From assembly GCA_951406725.2 (NCBI GenBank), contig OX597817.1:127472001-127536000 (forward strand): DNA of 64,000 nt, written 5' to 3'. The translations under genes were made by a program, and so were the position numbers. Source of the DNA: Octopus vulgaris. Taxonomy: Eukaryota. The notes under the pieces were generated by a model that was not told where the DNA came from, did no database searches, and saw only the letters and a program-made list of their open reading frames with translations. Positions 1-13,149 of the stretch are shown piece after piece; within the stretch, counting starts at the first letter, position 1; the number at the start of each line of letters is the position of its first letter.

Positions 1-183
1 GTAGCAAACTTCTTGCCACACAGTCATGCCAACGCCTATGAATATTTATATATATATATATATAAGATGTATGTACTGTACATGTAATTTACATAATATT
101 TGTATATATCATATAGTATATATAAGTCTTATATAATCAATATATAGTATATAAAAAAATTATCTTTCTCTCTCTTCCTCTCT

Positions 184-389
184 TTAATTTGGGACTAAAG
201 CGCAAATCCATCCGAATGCAAGAGTGAGCCAGATTCTATAAGCATCAACAACCAAGTGTTCTGTGACACAGAATGGTACGACAGAAGAAGTATAATCTGT
301 CACTCCAATTAATAGGAGTATTGTAAATCTGATGAATTTGAGGTTTGTTGACCATGCTGAAGTCATTTTAGCCTTCACGAGAAAGCTAT
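184..389 (-). other. Possible terminal coding exon (unassigned)
   Basis: Acceptor-like TTATTTTACAG ends at 390 on the minus strand. One frame stays open to TAA at 184 (..SFLVKAKMTSAW...GWICALVPN*). No recognisable family. Confidence 0.2.
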
Positions 390-1130
390 CTGTAAAATAA
401 TTTGTCTACCATTTGCTTAACGGCAACGGTGATTATTATTCATCAATTGTTAACTCCTTTCAAATATATATGAAAGAAATACATATCATGTCACTAATGT
501 AATATTCCATTGAACATCCTCGAAAGATAGTGTATTTTAATCCCGAAGAATGAAAAATTAAGTTGACTCTGTACGATATTGCCTTTATGATTTTCTTTTG
601 TTCCGGGAGACCTTTGATTGACCAGAACTATAATCAAAGGCATTCCAACCATAGCAATATTGTCTCTTGTAAAATGTGGTATGACATGATGGTGACTTGT
701 ACTATTCTCTGACTAGCGGAGCGACTCCGTGCTCGTATTTTCAGAAGAGTTATTTGTTAGGTTTAAAAAATGGAATGAACGTATAAAAATTTAATTCGGG
801 TATTTTCTTTTTGATCGCTTCCAGATGAAAAGTAAGATATTCACTGATGAGTTAATATTACTAAAAGGGATGGTCCTAAATAATACAGCAATTCATGCTG
901 TCATAAAGAAATTTTTGACTTAATTCTTAGGTTCAACATGAAAATTTTAAAGTAATCAGAGTTGTCGATTAAATCATATTTCACTAGTATTTATTTCAGC
1001 GGGTTTCAGGAAGATTAACGTCAAAGCTGATCCTTACAGAGTTCCAGTTCATAGAGTAATGAAGTAAGTAAATACGAAACAAGAATATTTCATCTATTGC
1101 AATAAACAAACAACCACCAAGTAAATACTA

Positions 1131-1581
1131 GTTTCAAATTTTGACATAAGACCATCAGGTTTCGAGGGTGGATGGTAAGTAAATGTAAAGCGGCTTTTCG
1201 AGTCACACAGACTGATAAGGGCCTGTTTTCCGGTTTCATGGCGTATATATTTCCCACTTAGACGGGACGCCGTTCCTTTGCAGGATTACTTATATTTGCC
1301 AGCTGAGTGGACTGGAGCAACGAGTCGCCCGGTCCAGCAATCGAAACTACAATCTTACGATCATTAATCCAGCAACCTAACCACTAAATCATGCGCCTCC
1401 ATGGAAGGGGTAAGTCGATTACATCGACTCAAGCACTTGACTTGTACTTATTTTATCGACTCCGAAAGGATGAAAGGCAGAGTACACCTCAGAGAAATTT
1501 GAACTCCAAACGTACAGACGGACAAAATATTACTAAGCATTTTGCCCAAATTGCTAATGATTCTGCCAGTTCGCTGCCTTC
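1131..1581 (-). mobile_element. Nin-domain tRNA-derived SINE interrupted by a second SINE
   Basis: Minus-strand GCCTTTCATCCTTTCGG-GTCGATAAAATAAGTAC Nin-type core at ~1445-1480. Its 3' part (1131-1180) is separated by the insert at 1185-1401. Confidence 0.7.
1185..1401 (-). mobile_element. tRNA-derived SINE nested in the Nin-SINE
   Basis: Minus strand starts TGGAGGCGCATGATTTAGTGGTTAGG (A-box-like), followed by a GTTTCGATT B-box-like motif. Confidence 0.7.
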
Positions 1582-1599
1582 CTTTACTCCCAAGTAAAT

Positions 1600-1935
1600 A
1601 TTGGCAGAAAGTCTACAATTTCGAGGGATAACAATAAGTCGATTACATCGACCCCAGAGCTCAAATGGTAATTATTTTCTCGACTTTGAAAGAGTGAAAA
1701 GCTAAGTCGATCTCGGCAGAATTTGAACTCAGAACGTAAAGTCAGACGAAATGCCGCTAAGTGTTTTACCCAGCGGCTTTCTGTCCGCCTTTGCGGTCTA
1801 AGTTCAAATTCCGCCTAGGTCGATTTTTGCCTTTCATCCTTCCGGGAGCCGATAAAATAAATACCAGTCATGTACTGGGGAGGATATAATCGACTCGCCT
1901 CTTCATCAAAATTTCATGCTTTATGATTATAGTAG
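1600..1935. mobile_element. Two Nin-domain SINE copies in inverted arrangement (1600-1775 minus; 1777-1935 plus)
   Basis: GAATTTGAACTCAGAACG on one side and GTTCAAATTCCGCC...GCCTTTCATCCTTCCGGG on the other. Confidence 0.65.
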
Positions 1936-2107
1936 AAAAAAAATTCCAAAAAGGTCCGCGGTGGATGAGCACGCGCACACACAACCGTGAGGGACCAACC
2001 GCGTTTGAAAAGGTTACAGCACACGTTTAAACATGCATATGCTCGTACTTAGGTAGTACAGATTCGCTATATAAGCTTTGTTTAAAATCAAGCTATGATA
2101 TTCAGAG

Positions 2108-2402
2108 TGGAGGCACATGGCCTAGTGGTTAGAGCAGCGAGCTCGCGGTCGAGCGATCGCGGGTTCGAATCTCAGACCGGGCGATATGTATGTTTATGAG
2201 CGAAACACCTAAGCTCCACGCGGCTCCGGCAGAAGGTAATGGCGAACTTCTGATGACTCTTTCGCCACAACTTTCTCTCATTCATTTTTCCTGCATCTTG
2301 CAGCTCACCGGCGTCCCGTCCAGGTGGGGAACCTATACGCCAAGGAAACTAGGAAACCGGCCCTTATGAGCCAGGCGTGACTCGAGAAGGAACAAATAAA
2401 CA
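2108..2402 (+). mobile_element. tRNA-derived SINE (resembles octopus OR-type)
   Basis: TGGCCTAGTGGTTAG A box and GGTTCGAATC B box, AAAC-rich tail. Head is homologous to the copy at 50825. Confidence 0.8.
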
Positions 2403-3204
2403 AACATGTTATTCAGGGACATGCTGTATTGCAACAGCTATTAAGATGCACTCGACAAAAGGTTGGCTGAACGATTACATGTGGTTGCAGGGTCTGTGTA
2501 GCACCATAGTAAACTGAAAGCAAACTTCTAAGATACATATGCTTAGTTGTATGCGTGCGTGCACGTGTACGTACCATATTTCATTGTCTCTGTTTGTATT
2601 TGAAGCACACACAAACTACTCTTGTGCATTATCGCCTTTCATTTTTCCGTATATTCATGTGAATACGTGAACATTTTTGCTATTGAATGTTAATGTGTTT
2701 TCAGTGTTCCAATTTTCTAAGCGACAATTATCAGATTATAACGTCCAAGTCGTATAAATTATGACTTCCATTAAAAATCTAGAAACCCATAGAATAAAAG
2801 CGGAAGAAAAAAAAAGGAAAGGAAAATAAAATATGCAACAATTTCGGAGTTCTCACAAAATAAAAATCAATGTCAAACTATAATTACGTGCGAGATGGGG
2901 GAATAAGTAATTTAAGAAAGGAAAGTGGTATGTAAAGTTTTCTTCTGTAGAGGCAAAGCACGGATTATTTTTGTAGTGCACCATAGGTATACTCAGTTAA
3001 TGTGGGCCCCAATTTAACGACAGTTCAACATTTGTAACATGTCAATAGCCCTATTCATATCATAGTGCGTCGGTTTAAAAGGATCATGAGAACATCTGAG
3101 AAGAAATTTAGTGAATTCGTTCGTCATGTTTTGTTCATTGTGTTTTTATTTTGTTTTTTTGGGGGCGGGGTTTGCAGATTAAATAATGATTTTATTTATT
3201 TAGG

Positions 3205-3680
3205 AGTATCGGCGTAGTACGAATTGGTGCTGTATTGTGGAAAGTTTGCTCCCCAACTACATGGTTCCGCCTTAAGCAAGTGCCTTCTACTAGCTCAACA
3301 ATCGATCTGTGAGTGGACGTAGTTGACGAAAACTGACAGAACCCATCGTATGCACACAAACACACACACACACATATATGTGTGTGTGTGTATATATATA
3401 CAAAGAGAAAGAAGATATTGATATTTATGTATGTAAATATGTATGTATGCATATATGTATGGGCGTGTGTATATGTATGAGTGTATTTCTGTTCATCTTT
3501 GTCCTCCATCATCACTTCATAACTGGTGTTGGATTCTTTACATACCCGTAAAGACATTGACAGAATAAATGCCAGGTTTTAACACTTGGCAATGCGATGG
3601 CTTCGTTTGCCTAAAACCCTACAAGATGGTGCACCAAGATGGTTGCTGTCTAAAGAGTGAAAAAGTAAAGGCAAAGATGT
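3205..3680 (+). mobile_element. Decayed copy of the microsatellite-containing tRNA SINE
   Basis: Degenerate matches (CATGGTTCC, GCAAGTGCCTTCTACTA, ACAGAATAAATGCC) to the copies at 17716 and 28838. Confidence 0.5.
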
Positions 3681-3789
3681 TTTGTCTCATCTGACTCTTC
3701 CACTTTTTCACCATCACTATCATCATTACTATCATCATCATAATGATTATCATCATAATCATGAATAAAGTCCTTTCTTTTCTAGCTAC

Positions 3790-4450
3790 CTTGAGCTAGG
3801 CTTTACATTCCATTTCACCATCACATGCATAGAACTCGCACCTCTTAGATGGTAGATCTAACATGGCACTCAGTTTAAAACCAAGACATACTCGACATCT
3901 ATTTCGTTGACATTTGCATCCAGTTCCTTCGTCCTGCGTTGTTAATAAAGAAATTTCTTTGCGAATATTACGTCGGAGGTCAGCCAAGCCAATCTCTGCA
4001 ATATGAGTTTCAGCTGAGCCAATATATGCAGTATCGGGAACCATTAGATTCATTCTCTAAACTGAGCCAATCATTGTGGTCATGGTATCAGCTGAACTAT
4101 AATATCTGTGTCCCAAAATCACATGAAAAGTATAGAGTCACAGCATCGACTACATGAGTCTCTACTTTTTGAGCATCAGCAAAGCCAAAACTCTGCCGTA
4201 GAAGCAATCATCAAGCGCACTCGTAACAATCAGGGTAATAACTGAGAGCAATTGCAACAGGAGCATCAACTGCATCAAACCCTGCAGTTAAGAAAATTCC
4301 TGAGCCCTAACCCTACACTCAGAATATCAACTGAACTAGATATGAACTGACTCAATCTCTAGACTATTCTCCGCAGTATGAGCAGGACAAGACTACAAAC
4401 GTCATGGAAGTCACACCCTGCTCTCTTGATTATCTGTATGGAAAGTATTA
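3790..4450 (-). mobile_element. Highly decayed LINE (possibly RTE) 3' fragment
   Basis: Minus-strand translation loosely resembles an RTE C-terminus (..RRNIRKEISLL..). Many stops. Confidence 0.3.
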
Positions 4451-5359
4451 CAGTTGCCATTTCCATTTGCATTAAAAGCATGCTAAGAAATTTATTCAGA
4501 GACACGTTGTACTAAAATAGCGCTGCAGTTATTCTCTTTCTCGCTAGTTTTATTCAATCTATTAATCAAAAGTTCTGCTTCTCTTCTATTTTTTTCACTT
4601 CCGATTTGCTTCTTTTGTTTTTGGATTTTTGGTTTTAGTGTTTTATATATATTTTCAGCAGAAACATTCAATTATATCTCATGAAGTATCATAGACAAAA
4701 AGTTGTAAAATATCTCTATTCTTTCAACGTGGCTTCGTGTTTACAACCAACAGAGAAAAAATGATTTTCATACAAAAAAAAAAAAATTACCCGCTTTTTT
4801 CTTTTGTTATCTGCATTTGTTGCTCACCATTTAGCATAGTTAAAAATATTTTCTGCATAATAATGTGTTAAATGTTTAGACTACGAATACCACTTGAGAG
4901 AAAAGTGCTCAAATAATCATATATGAGCAAATAATTATGCTTAATATTATATGATGCGATTGGTTGAGTTGGACATGAACGAATTACATTATTCAGTTTA
5001 TCTAATTTTTTTTCTACTTTTCGTTAAGCTGGCCAAACGAGTACAGTTTAGTTCTATTCGTAGCTATTAATGTCCTTTCATATATCCAAAATAGATAAAC
5101 GTCTTACAAGAACATGTAGAGATATACAGACGAGTTAAAATATCCGAACATGGACCAGAGACGTTAGACACCGTACTATGAATTATTTCATCATTACACA
5201 AGTAAGAAAAAGAAATATTTTTTCTAATATAGATATAAGGACTGAAATTTCTGGGGAAGGGGGAAGGGTCTCGTCGATTACATCGAACTGTGCACGATTG
5301 ATACTTCTCAAAAGGGAGAAACGGAAACTCAACTTTGGAAGAATTTGAATTTAGGGCAC

Positions 5360-6133
5360 ATAAAGGCCTCCTGCCACAAAAGAGTGATTAAGTTGGGAAA
5401 CCTACGACTCTCACCTCATTCTGCTCTTATGTACTCTTCTCCAGCTCTGCTGACACTTACGATTGATGCCTGAGAAGTCCAGAAGGAACGAACCTAGCTA
5501 TATAAACTTTCTTCGTATACTTCTGAACGAAACATTTGGTTTCTTTTAACTCTTCTGTTTGTATTGTCCAGCAATTCTTGTAGCACCATTAGAATATTTT
5601 ATCTTTAAGTCCTAGAAGCTGATCCGTATCATTAAATTCAAACCCTTCTGAAAGAATACACTAGATCTGCCTTTTGGTACTGGTCGTCTTGGAGATAAGT
5701 AGATCTCGTATCCACTGAAAATGAGCATAAAAGCTTACGGATCGAAAACTCTACACTAGCTGATGTCCACCACTTCTATATCTAGAAGTCTGACGTCAGT
5801 GATCAGGTGGTTCTACTTCCATGACAAATACAGACCACGTGTGATCACAGTACTTGTTCTTGCGATAGCTATGTTCGACAAGACTGACCACTTACCTTAT
5901 TTCAATGGAAGGAAATGTATTCCATACTTCCGGATATTTGTCTTAATAGGTGCTTCTGCAAGCAGTTCTTCATAAAGTATTTTATTAATAATCCTTTGGA
6001 GATCTTCTATTCCTTTGGGATATTTTGTTTACAGGTTATTATATGTTTCTTGGCTCATTTTGTATGATTCTTGGTAATTCATTCAGTCTATTTGTTAGAG
6101 TTTATAATTGATGAGGTATTTCGGTTTGAGAAT

Positions 6134-6228
<95 letters not shown>

Positions 6229-7630
6229 GCGTTCATTGTGTTGTTTTCGTTTATTGTGACTTTTGTAATGTTTTGTGGTGTTTCTAGAGGTGGATATGTT
6301 TGTGGTTGTGTAGGTTTTGGAGGTGTGTGTGATTGTCAAATTATGTGTAGCTTTATCTCATCTGTTCATTTTTGTATGACGTAGTGTATTAATATATTCT
6401 AGTTTCTGTCTTCCCCTTGACAAGCATCCATTCTGTCGAGTCGTTCAAACTTGTTTCTTCTCAAAATGAGTTTTCGCTGTAAGAGAAATCTGTGGTAAGA
6501 AAAGAGATATATCTGCAAAATTGAGTATGTTGTATTTATGTTTGAAATTTGGTTGACTGGTGTGGGTAGGGCTCTTCTGGGTTGTGTTGCAGGATAAATT
6601 TCTTCCCAGGTAATGGAATTAGTGTTTGCTTCTGATGTTGAATGTGATTTTTGTTGTTCTGTTTGGTACTGCTATTGCTGGTATTGTTGTTGCTGCTCTT
6701 GCTTCTGTCGTTAGGGGGAATGCTACTACTTTTGTTGCCGGTGTTGCTGTTATGATGGAGTCATCAGCTGCAGATAGGGGTATTCCCATTTTTTTTTTTG
6801 TTTGTCATATGGACAGAAACCTCTTAAATCTTTGCGTCCTCACATATATAGCAACTCGGTCTTCTGCCTCAACTATTACGAAATGCTAAAAACTATTTTG
6901 TGGGGCTGAACAAATCAAGAATCACTTATATGCGTTCTTGATCATTTTGGATTAATAGTACCATTTCTGTGCCTGACCAAATTTTTTTCTCAAGTTTATG
7001 GAATTTCAGAATACTTGTTTCATTTTCGATATCATATATTTCGGGCTCCACAAAGAAGAGGGTATCTATTTTTGTGGTGCCTCGCTTACTTTTATTTCTA
7101 CCGCTCTCCGGCCGGATTAGTAGTATAGTAGTTTATTTGAATTAGAAGCAGCTTGTCACTTTTAAGCGTTGTTATTGAAATGTTCTTCACTTTTTCTCCG
7201 GTTTGAATTCTTACCTCCACTGTTTCAAACCTTCCCCGAACTACACAGGTTCTTACGTCCCTGACTGGTTTAAGCTGAACCAGAGTTGCTCGCTTGAAAT
7301 CATCACAGTTTCAATTCATCACATTTGTATATTATAGTTTTTCTATGAATTTCCTGTTGAATCTCAAGCTGTGTTCAAGTGTACTGATTTCCACTTTTGG
7401 TGAGATGAACTTTTGTATTTCAAAGTCCCTCTATGAAATGCAAATGTTTATCTCAAAGAGGTGGTCTTTTACTTCTCATAAAAGAGACACTTCTCTATTT
7501 CTGCATACATTTGCAATCCTGTTTTCACTTTGTTCGCTAATATCGGTGTTTACTGCAATTATTGTATTGATGTTTGTGGTACTTGGTAGTTGTGGATGCC
7601 GTATTTGTTTCAACGTTCTCCATGCCACAG
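5360..7630 (-). mobile_element. Decayed ORF1/gag-like retroelement (CCHC knuckle), no RT seen
   Basis: Frameshifted minus-strand peptides VRTCVVRGRFETVEVRIQTGEKVKNISITTLKSDKLLLI and IVE-GRRPSCYICEDAK-LRGFCP (~6810-6880) parallel the protein at 16160-17400. Contains an internal (GT)n. Confidence 0.55.
6139..6225. repeat. (GT)n microsatellite
   Basis: Direct reading. Confidence 0.97.
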
Positions 7631-8174
7631 AGAACAAAAACTTGTGGGGAGACACAACAAAAGAAAAAAAACTATATTATTTAAATTTTGTACAAGTAAA
7701 CTTCTTTACATTAAACCTGTAGGTAATAGGTCTGTCTATCCCATTATGTGAACTGATAATTATAAGCAATATAAAACAGTGATTTGAATTATGAATACTA
7801 ACAACACTCTGTATGTCATTCGGAAAATGACAGTTCAAGTAATGTATTTTTTATAATTAATGTTTCATATATTTTGTATGTAAAATTGTCAGTGCAGATT
7901 TAAATTAGTCAACAATTCGTAATATTTTGAAATGACAACTTCTTGGAAGCAAAATCTTATATTTAATTATTAATGGAAGTCTATTTTGAATGGTACACGT
8001 TTAAAGCGAGTAGCTTTGCCATGGTCAAAATAAGAGTAAATGAACATACAATAGAGCTAACAAAATGAATAGAATGAACCGGTCTTTTGCTTATAGGTAT
8101 AACATATAGAAATAAAGTTGTATAAATTGTAAACTTAACTTCCGTTCTCGAAATATGCAGCTGTCAAGGGAGGC

Positions 8175-10590
8175 AACTTTCAAATGATCAGTACTGAATA
8201 TCTGACTATTGCTTTTGGTGAGTATTACAAAATACTTTGGATCCGTAAACGATCATATGGCCTACCTTCTTATAATCGAAAAGGCACTTCAATACAGAAG
8301 TAGTGTTTCTATAGATTTTGGGACAATCGTCGTACATTGTGCAATATAAGTAAAATGGCTATATTTAACTTTTTATTTGTCTCTGAGCAAGGCCTGCACA
8401 ACTTTTTGTTCTTATATTCTCCTTACCTAATCTATCAATTATTTTGTCCATCCCTGCATCTTTTCTACCCACACCCAAAGGAAAACGCAAAGGCTACTTT
8501 GGTATAGTACATAGTGTTTATTATCGATATATAACGTCAATTCTATGTATTAAAATCTGTGTAGAGACGAATATTGAATGCAACATGTTATCGATAGTAT
8601 ATAACTAAGGTATATAACTGTCAAGAATCTAATTGACATGAACTTAGAAGAGTTAAGAGATGAATTACGCAAAATTTGAAATGTAATTGAAATAACTTCC
8701 AGAGAAATGATAAATTATCTCCCCTGCTTCTCTGAAAGTCACTGAAAATTGTTTGCGCGTCAACCTCATTTTTTAACTTCAGCTCAGGGAGAAATTTTCA
8801 TCAGTTGATCTTTGTTTTGAATGAGTCATTCACTATATCAAACCAGAAATTGCTATTCTATTCCCATGTGACCGCGAAGTTAGCCGATAAATAACATACT
8901 ACTCTATTCCTATTCCTATTTCTATGGGATGGTAAAGCTAGTATGTACGAAGGTGGGTTAGAAAGTAATGCATTTTTTAATTGCATTGCAATTTGATTAA
9001 TCCTCGCAAACAGGATAGTATCAATCAAAAAATCATTCAAATAAAAATTGCATTACTTTATGATTGATTCTCGTAAATTAGTTTTAAGCTTCAATGAAAA
9101 TTATGTGATAGCGACTTGCTTAACAAGGCCGCATGAAAAAGCATTCTGAAAAGAAGTTAGAAGATTCACTCCACCTTTTCTTTCATACCAGCGAAAATAA
9201 TGTACAAACGGAATAGTCTAAAAAATATCGTAAAATTAGTTCATTTCTTTTGACTAATCTTCAGAACTGCTTTAATCGGGGAAATGACACTGGTGGCATT
9301 TTTTCCCAACGAAATGCACCGTTTGAAGTAACTTTCAAATGATCAGTACTGCCTATCTGACTATTGTTTTTTGGTGAGTAGTACAAAATACTTTGGATCC
9401 GATGAACGATGTCATATGGCCTACCTTCTTATAATCGAAAAGGAACTTTACTACAGAAGTAGTGTTTCTACAGTTATGGGACAATCGTTGTACATTGGTT
9501 GTGCAATATACGTAAAATGATTATATTTAACAAAATCCAAGCAGGTTAGGATGAACATTGACGCAAAAAGTATCTATTGAAGCAACTTCTATCCTTTAGG
9601 TAAATTCAAAGCGCCTCATTCCACGAAGATTATCCATCTGGATTTGCCTACAGGGTATATTCGTGAGTCGATGTAGACAGTATTCAAATGGTGAAGAAAT
9701 GTCTTGCTGACAGTTTTAGAACCACTAAAACTTTTCTGAATACACTAAACTTCGCTTCTACAAATTTCTGTTTTGTAATAAAAACAGTGCAACTGTAAGA
9801 ACATCACCTGAGTATTGAATCACAACCGGAGACTTTCTGCTGTATTATTTCGTTACTGGTTCACATTACGTCATTACTGATCAGGCTTGCTTAATCCCGT
9901 AGGTACTGGCTCGAACGATGTTTCTGCTAAACCACGTCGGATCATCACGTTCAGTATTAGAGTAATTTTCTGATTCAACATACGGGATGATATATTTCGT
10001 TTTGCTTTATCGACGCGCAATGTCAATTCTATATAATAAAAAGTGCATAGATGTAGAACGTAACAAGTAAACGACATACTCTGCAAAAGAGACTTACGAA
10101 GCCTGTAGATAATGTAACGGCATGATAATTCCCTTCAAGTTGGTTTAACGCTTATGGAAGTAGAGTAACATAATGAAAACTGCTAAATTAATGCAATTGT
10201 CTAAAATGACACTCAGTTGAGAAGAGGGAAATGCAATAACATTTAATCATAATAAAGTTATAGGCTTATAAATGGAATAGTTTTTAAAATAGTCCATTAG
10301 TTCTGGTAAGTAACCATGTGTTACATCGTGGACATCGCAAAACAAACTTTCAAAACAATGTTTCAGGGAATACATAGGATGAAATTAATTGTCATTGTAT
10401 AAGTAATTGTTAGTCAGCTATTATAAAGGTGCTCTAAGTGTCCTATTCTTGAGTAATAATTATTCTGGAAAAGGACACTGGAAAAGGACACTGGTGGCAT
10501 TTTTTTCCCAACGAAATGCACCGTTTGAAGTAACTTTCAAATGATCAGTACTGCCTATCTGACTATTGTTTTTTGGTGAGTAGTACAAAA
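8175..10590 (+). repeat. Three dispersed direct repeats (~8175-8369, 9286-9530, 10487-10590)
   Basis: All share AACTTTCAAATGATCAGTACTG..TATCTGACTATTG..TTTTGGTGAGTA.TACAAAA. Copies 1 and 2 extend together for ~195 bp. Copies 2 and 3 share the upstream GACACTGGTGGCATTTTTT. Confidence 0.9.
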
Positions 10591-12101
10591 AATATTAACG
10601 ACGCAGAAGGAAAAATAACAATCTCTTCAAAATAGAATTTTTCATATCTTTTCCAATATATATTTTATTAAAACACCCAGGTAAATAACTGGTATTTAAT
10701 ATGTTGACCCTGGAAAAAAAAAAGTAAAAAGTCGAAGCACTGTATATTTTCATCTTTCTAAGATTCATTAAGCAGGCGTTCTGATAATTGTCACCCGTAA
10801 ACAAATTGAGAAGCTATATATAAAGCGATAGCGAAATAATTTTCTTTTTTAAATTAATGTACCCAATAATGTGACTACGAGTATGCATTTCTATTGTAGG
10901 TAGATGATTAAGATATTTTGAGGACCTTTCGAGAAAATAATAGAATTTAATCTACGCTGATTGAAAGATAATTAATTTGCAATAGTAATTATAGTTAGCG
11001 AGAAAATGAAGAAAATGTATTCTCATACCCATTTTTTTTATTGTCATTATATCTTTTTTTTTTCTGTGATTTTTTCCACGATTTCATTTCAGTCTACTTA
11101 AATAAGCAAAACAAAAGGCATCATAATTTACAGCTATATATTTCGATGGTAGCACATGGTTCCGGGTTCAGTACTCCTGCATGGCACCTTGTGCAAGTGT
11201 ATTCTATTATATTCCCTCGTCCACTGGCGACCAAAGCGTTGTGAATGGATTTGGTGGACGGAAACTGAAAAAAAGGTTATTTTTGATAAGTCAATGTAGA
11301 AGCCGCTTCGTAGTCGCAGTACTTAGAAGAAATAGCAGTTCAATTATTTCGTATTACACCCCGCAACCTTAAAATAGTCAAAAAGATATACTGAAGAATG
11401 AAATCCTAAATTATTTTTGGATATAAATAGCATCATTTACAGGAAATGTCACCTTGGATAATGCAATCTCAGATGCATTACGTCTGGGAAAATAATTAAA
11501 GAAAAGATGACTGCGATTCGAATGACTTTCGTCATAGGCTTTTCTCGTTCGGTGCTGACTGGTATACAATAGTACGAACGACAAAAAAAGTTTAAATAAT
11601 TCTATAGTACATCAACCTCACCTCATTTGACATTTAACTACATTTCCTCATATTCAATTAATTTCGATGAACGCTATATATATTAGATTCTACCTTCAAG
11701 GAATACATATATATTTCTCTTCTCGCGAGCGTTTTAGTACTTCACTGTGAAGACAGTATTGATATTAAGGAGGAAGTTTGATCTGAAGACCAAATTTTAA
11801 TGAACTTTCGATACTTCATCGTGTTATTGCAAGCAATAAATTTTGTCGACAGAAATAATAATTTTCTTACGCAAAGTTATTCATAAATAAACAATAATGT
11901 TTAAACGCATATAAATTTATATTCGGCGTGTAACATTACAATACGACAATAGTAAATGTTCTTTAATTTCATTTCGAACATGATAATTTGACTTCTAATG
12001 TTCTTATTTTATTTGTTTGCTACTAATTCAATTTTACGTGAAGATATCTTCCTTATGTTATTGATCATATATCAAATGGAAAATCTAATCGAATCTACGC
12101 T

Positions 12102-12182
<81 letters not shown>

Positions 12183-12269
12183 ATGCTATTGTAATCGAAT
12201 GGGAAAATTTGCGTCGTTATAATGAGATTTTGGTTTGATCCCACGTCATAACACTTTGAGCTGAACTTT

Positions 12270-12271
<2 letters not shown>

Positions 12272-12334
<63 letters not shown>

Positions 12335-12392
12335 GGTGGTGGTGGTGGTGGTGGTGGTGGTGGTGGTGGTGGTGGTGGTGATGGTGGTGGTG

Positions 12393-12428
<36 letters not shown>
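12272..12428. repeat. Compound (AGT)n(GGT)n(AGT)n microsatellite
   Basis: Direct reading. It generates the poly-S/G/V/P/H/Y ORFs. Confidence 0.97.
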
Positions 12429-13149
12429 ATGTTGCCCTATGTTGTACCTGGCTGCTCTGAACATAAATATTCCAGTGGTAACAAAACCGTTTTGCTTGCA
12501 TGCATATGACTACGCTGTCTAATAGCCATTTCTTTATTAAAATTCTGGTCAAAAATAGAGTCTAATTTATGAGAAATTGGTTATTATTTCATGCATTTCA
12601 ATTGACAACATAGTTTATATAGGTTATCATTTTAGTGAATAAGTTATGGTTTAATCCCAAATCGACGCTGACTGAGCAGATCTGTTAATCAATAATTGTC
12701 GAAAAAGTGTTAATTCTACTATTCTTTTCACTCAGATTATATTATCCAAAGCAGTCATCCATTTTTCAGACAGTAGGACGTGATTTGAGGAAGATTTAGT
12801 TGCTATTTTTAACACCTCGAACGACTACATATAGCATCCTTGTATCGTCATTGAGAAGGCAGATGTGGTGGAATGCTATTAAAGTTAAATGGTTTTTGTA
12901 AGGTTTTATGCGTTTAGTTGTATCAATCTGTATTTCAATTCAAAAACCTTTTATGACGACAAAGTATGAAGTAAGTACGAGTAATAAAGTAGAATTAATT
13001 CATATAAATTTCTTTCTTATTAATATTGGACTTGTACCAAGCCAAAACAAATTGCACCCACAAATCTTGGAGTTGTGCCAAGTCTAAACAAAATCAATAC
13101 GTGACTACAGCAGATTTAAAACGACTGATTGAATATGATATGCGCTTTG

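Noticed and set aside
2108-2182. tRNA gene (also 50825-50900)
   Set aside because: The tRNA-like head continues into a SINE body and tail. The 50825 copy has a TSD. The cloverleaf is imperfect.
8175-10590. CRISPR-like or LTR interpretation of the spaced repeats
   Set aside because: Eukaryotic context, units of 100-245 bp with ~1-kb spacers, no cas genes, and no TG..CA termini, PBS or gag-pol.
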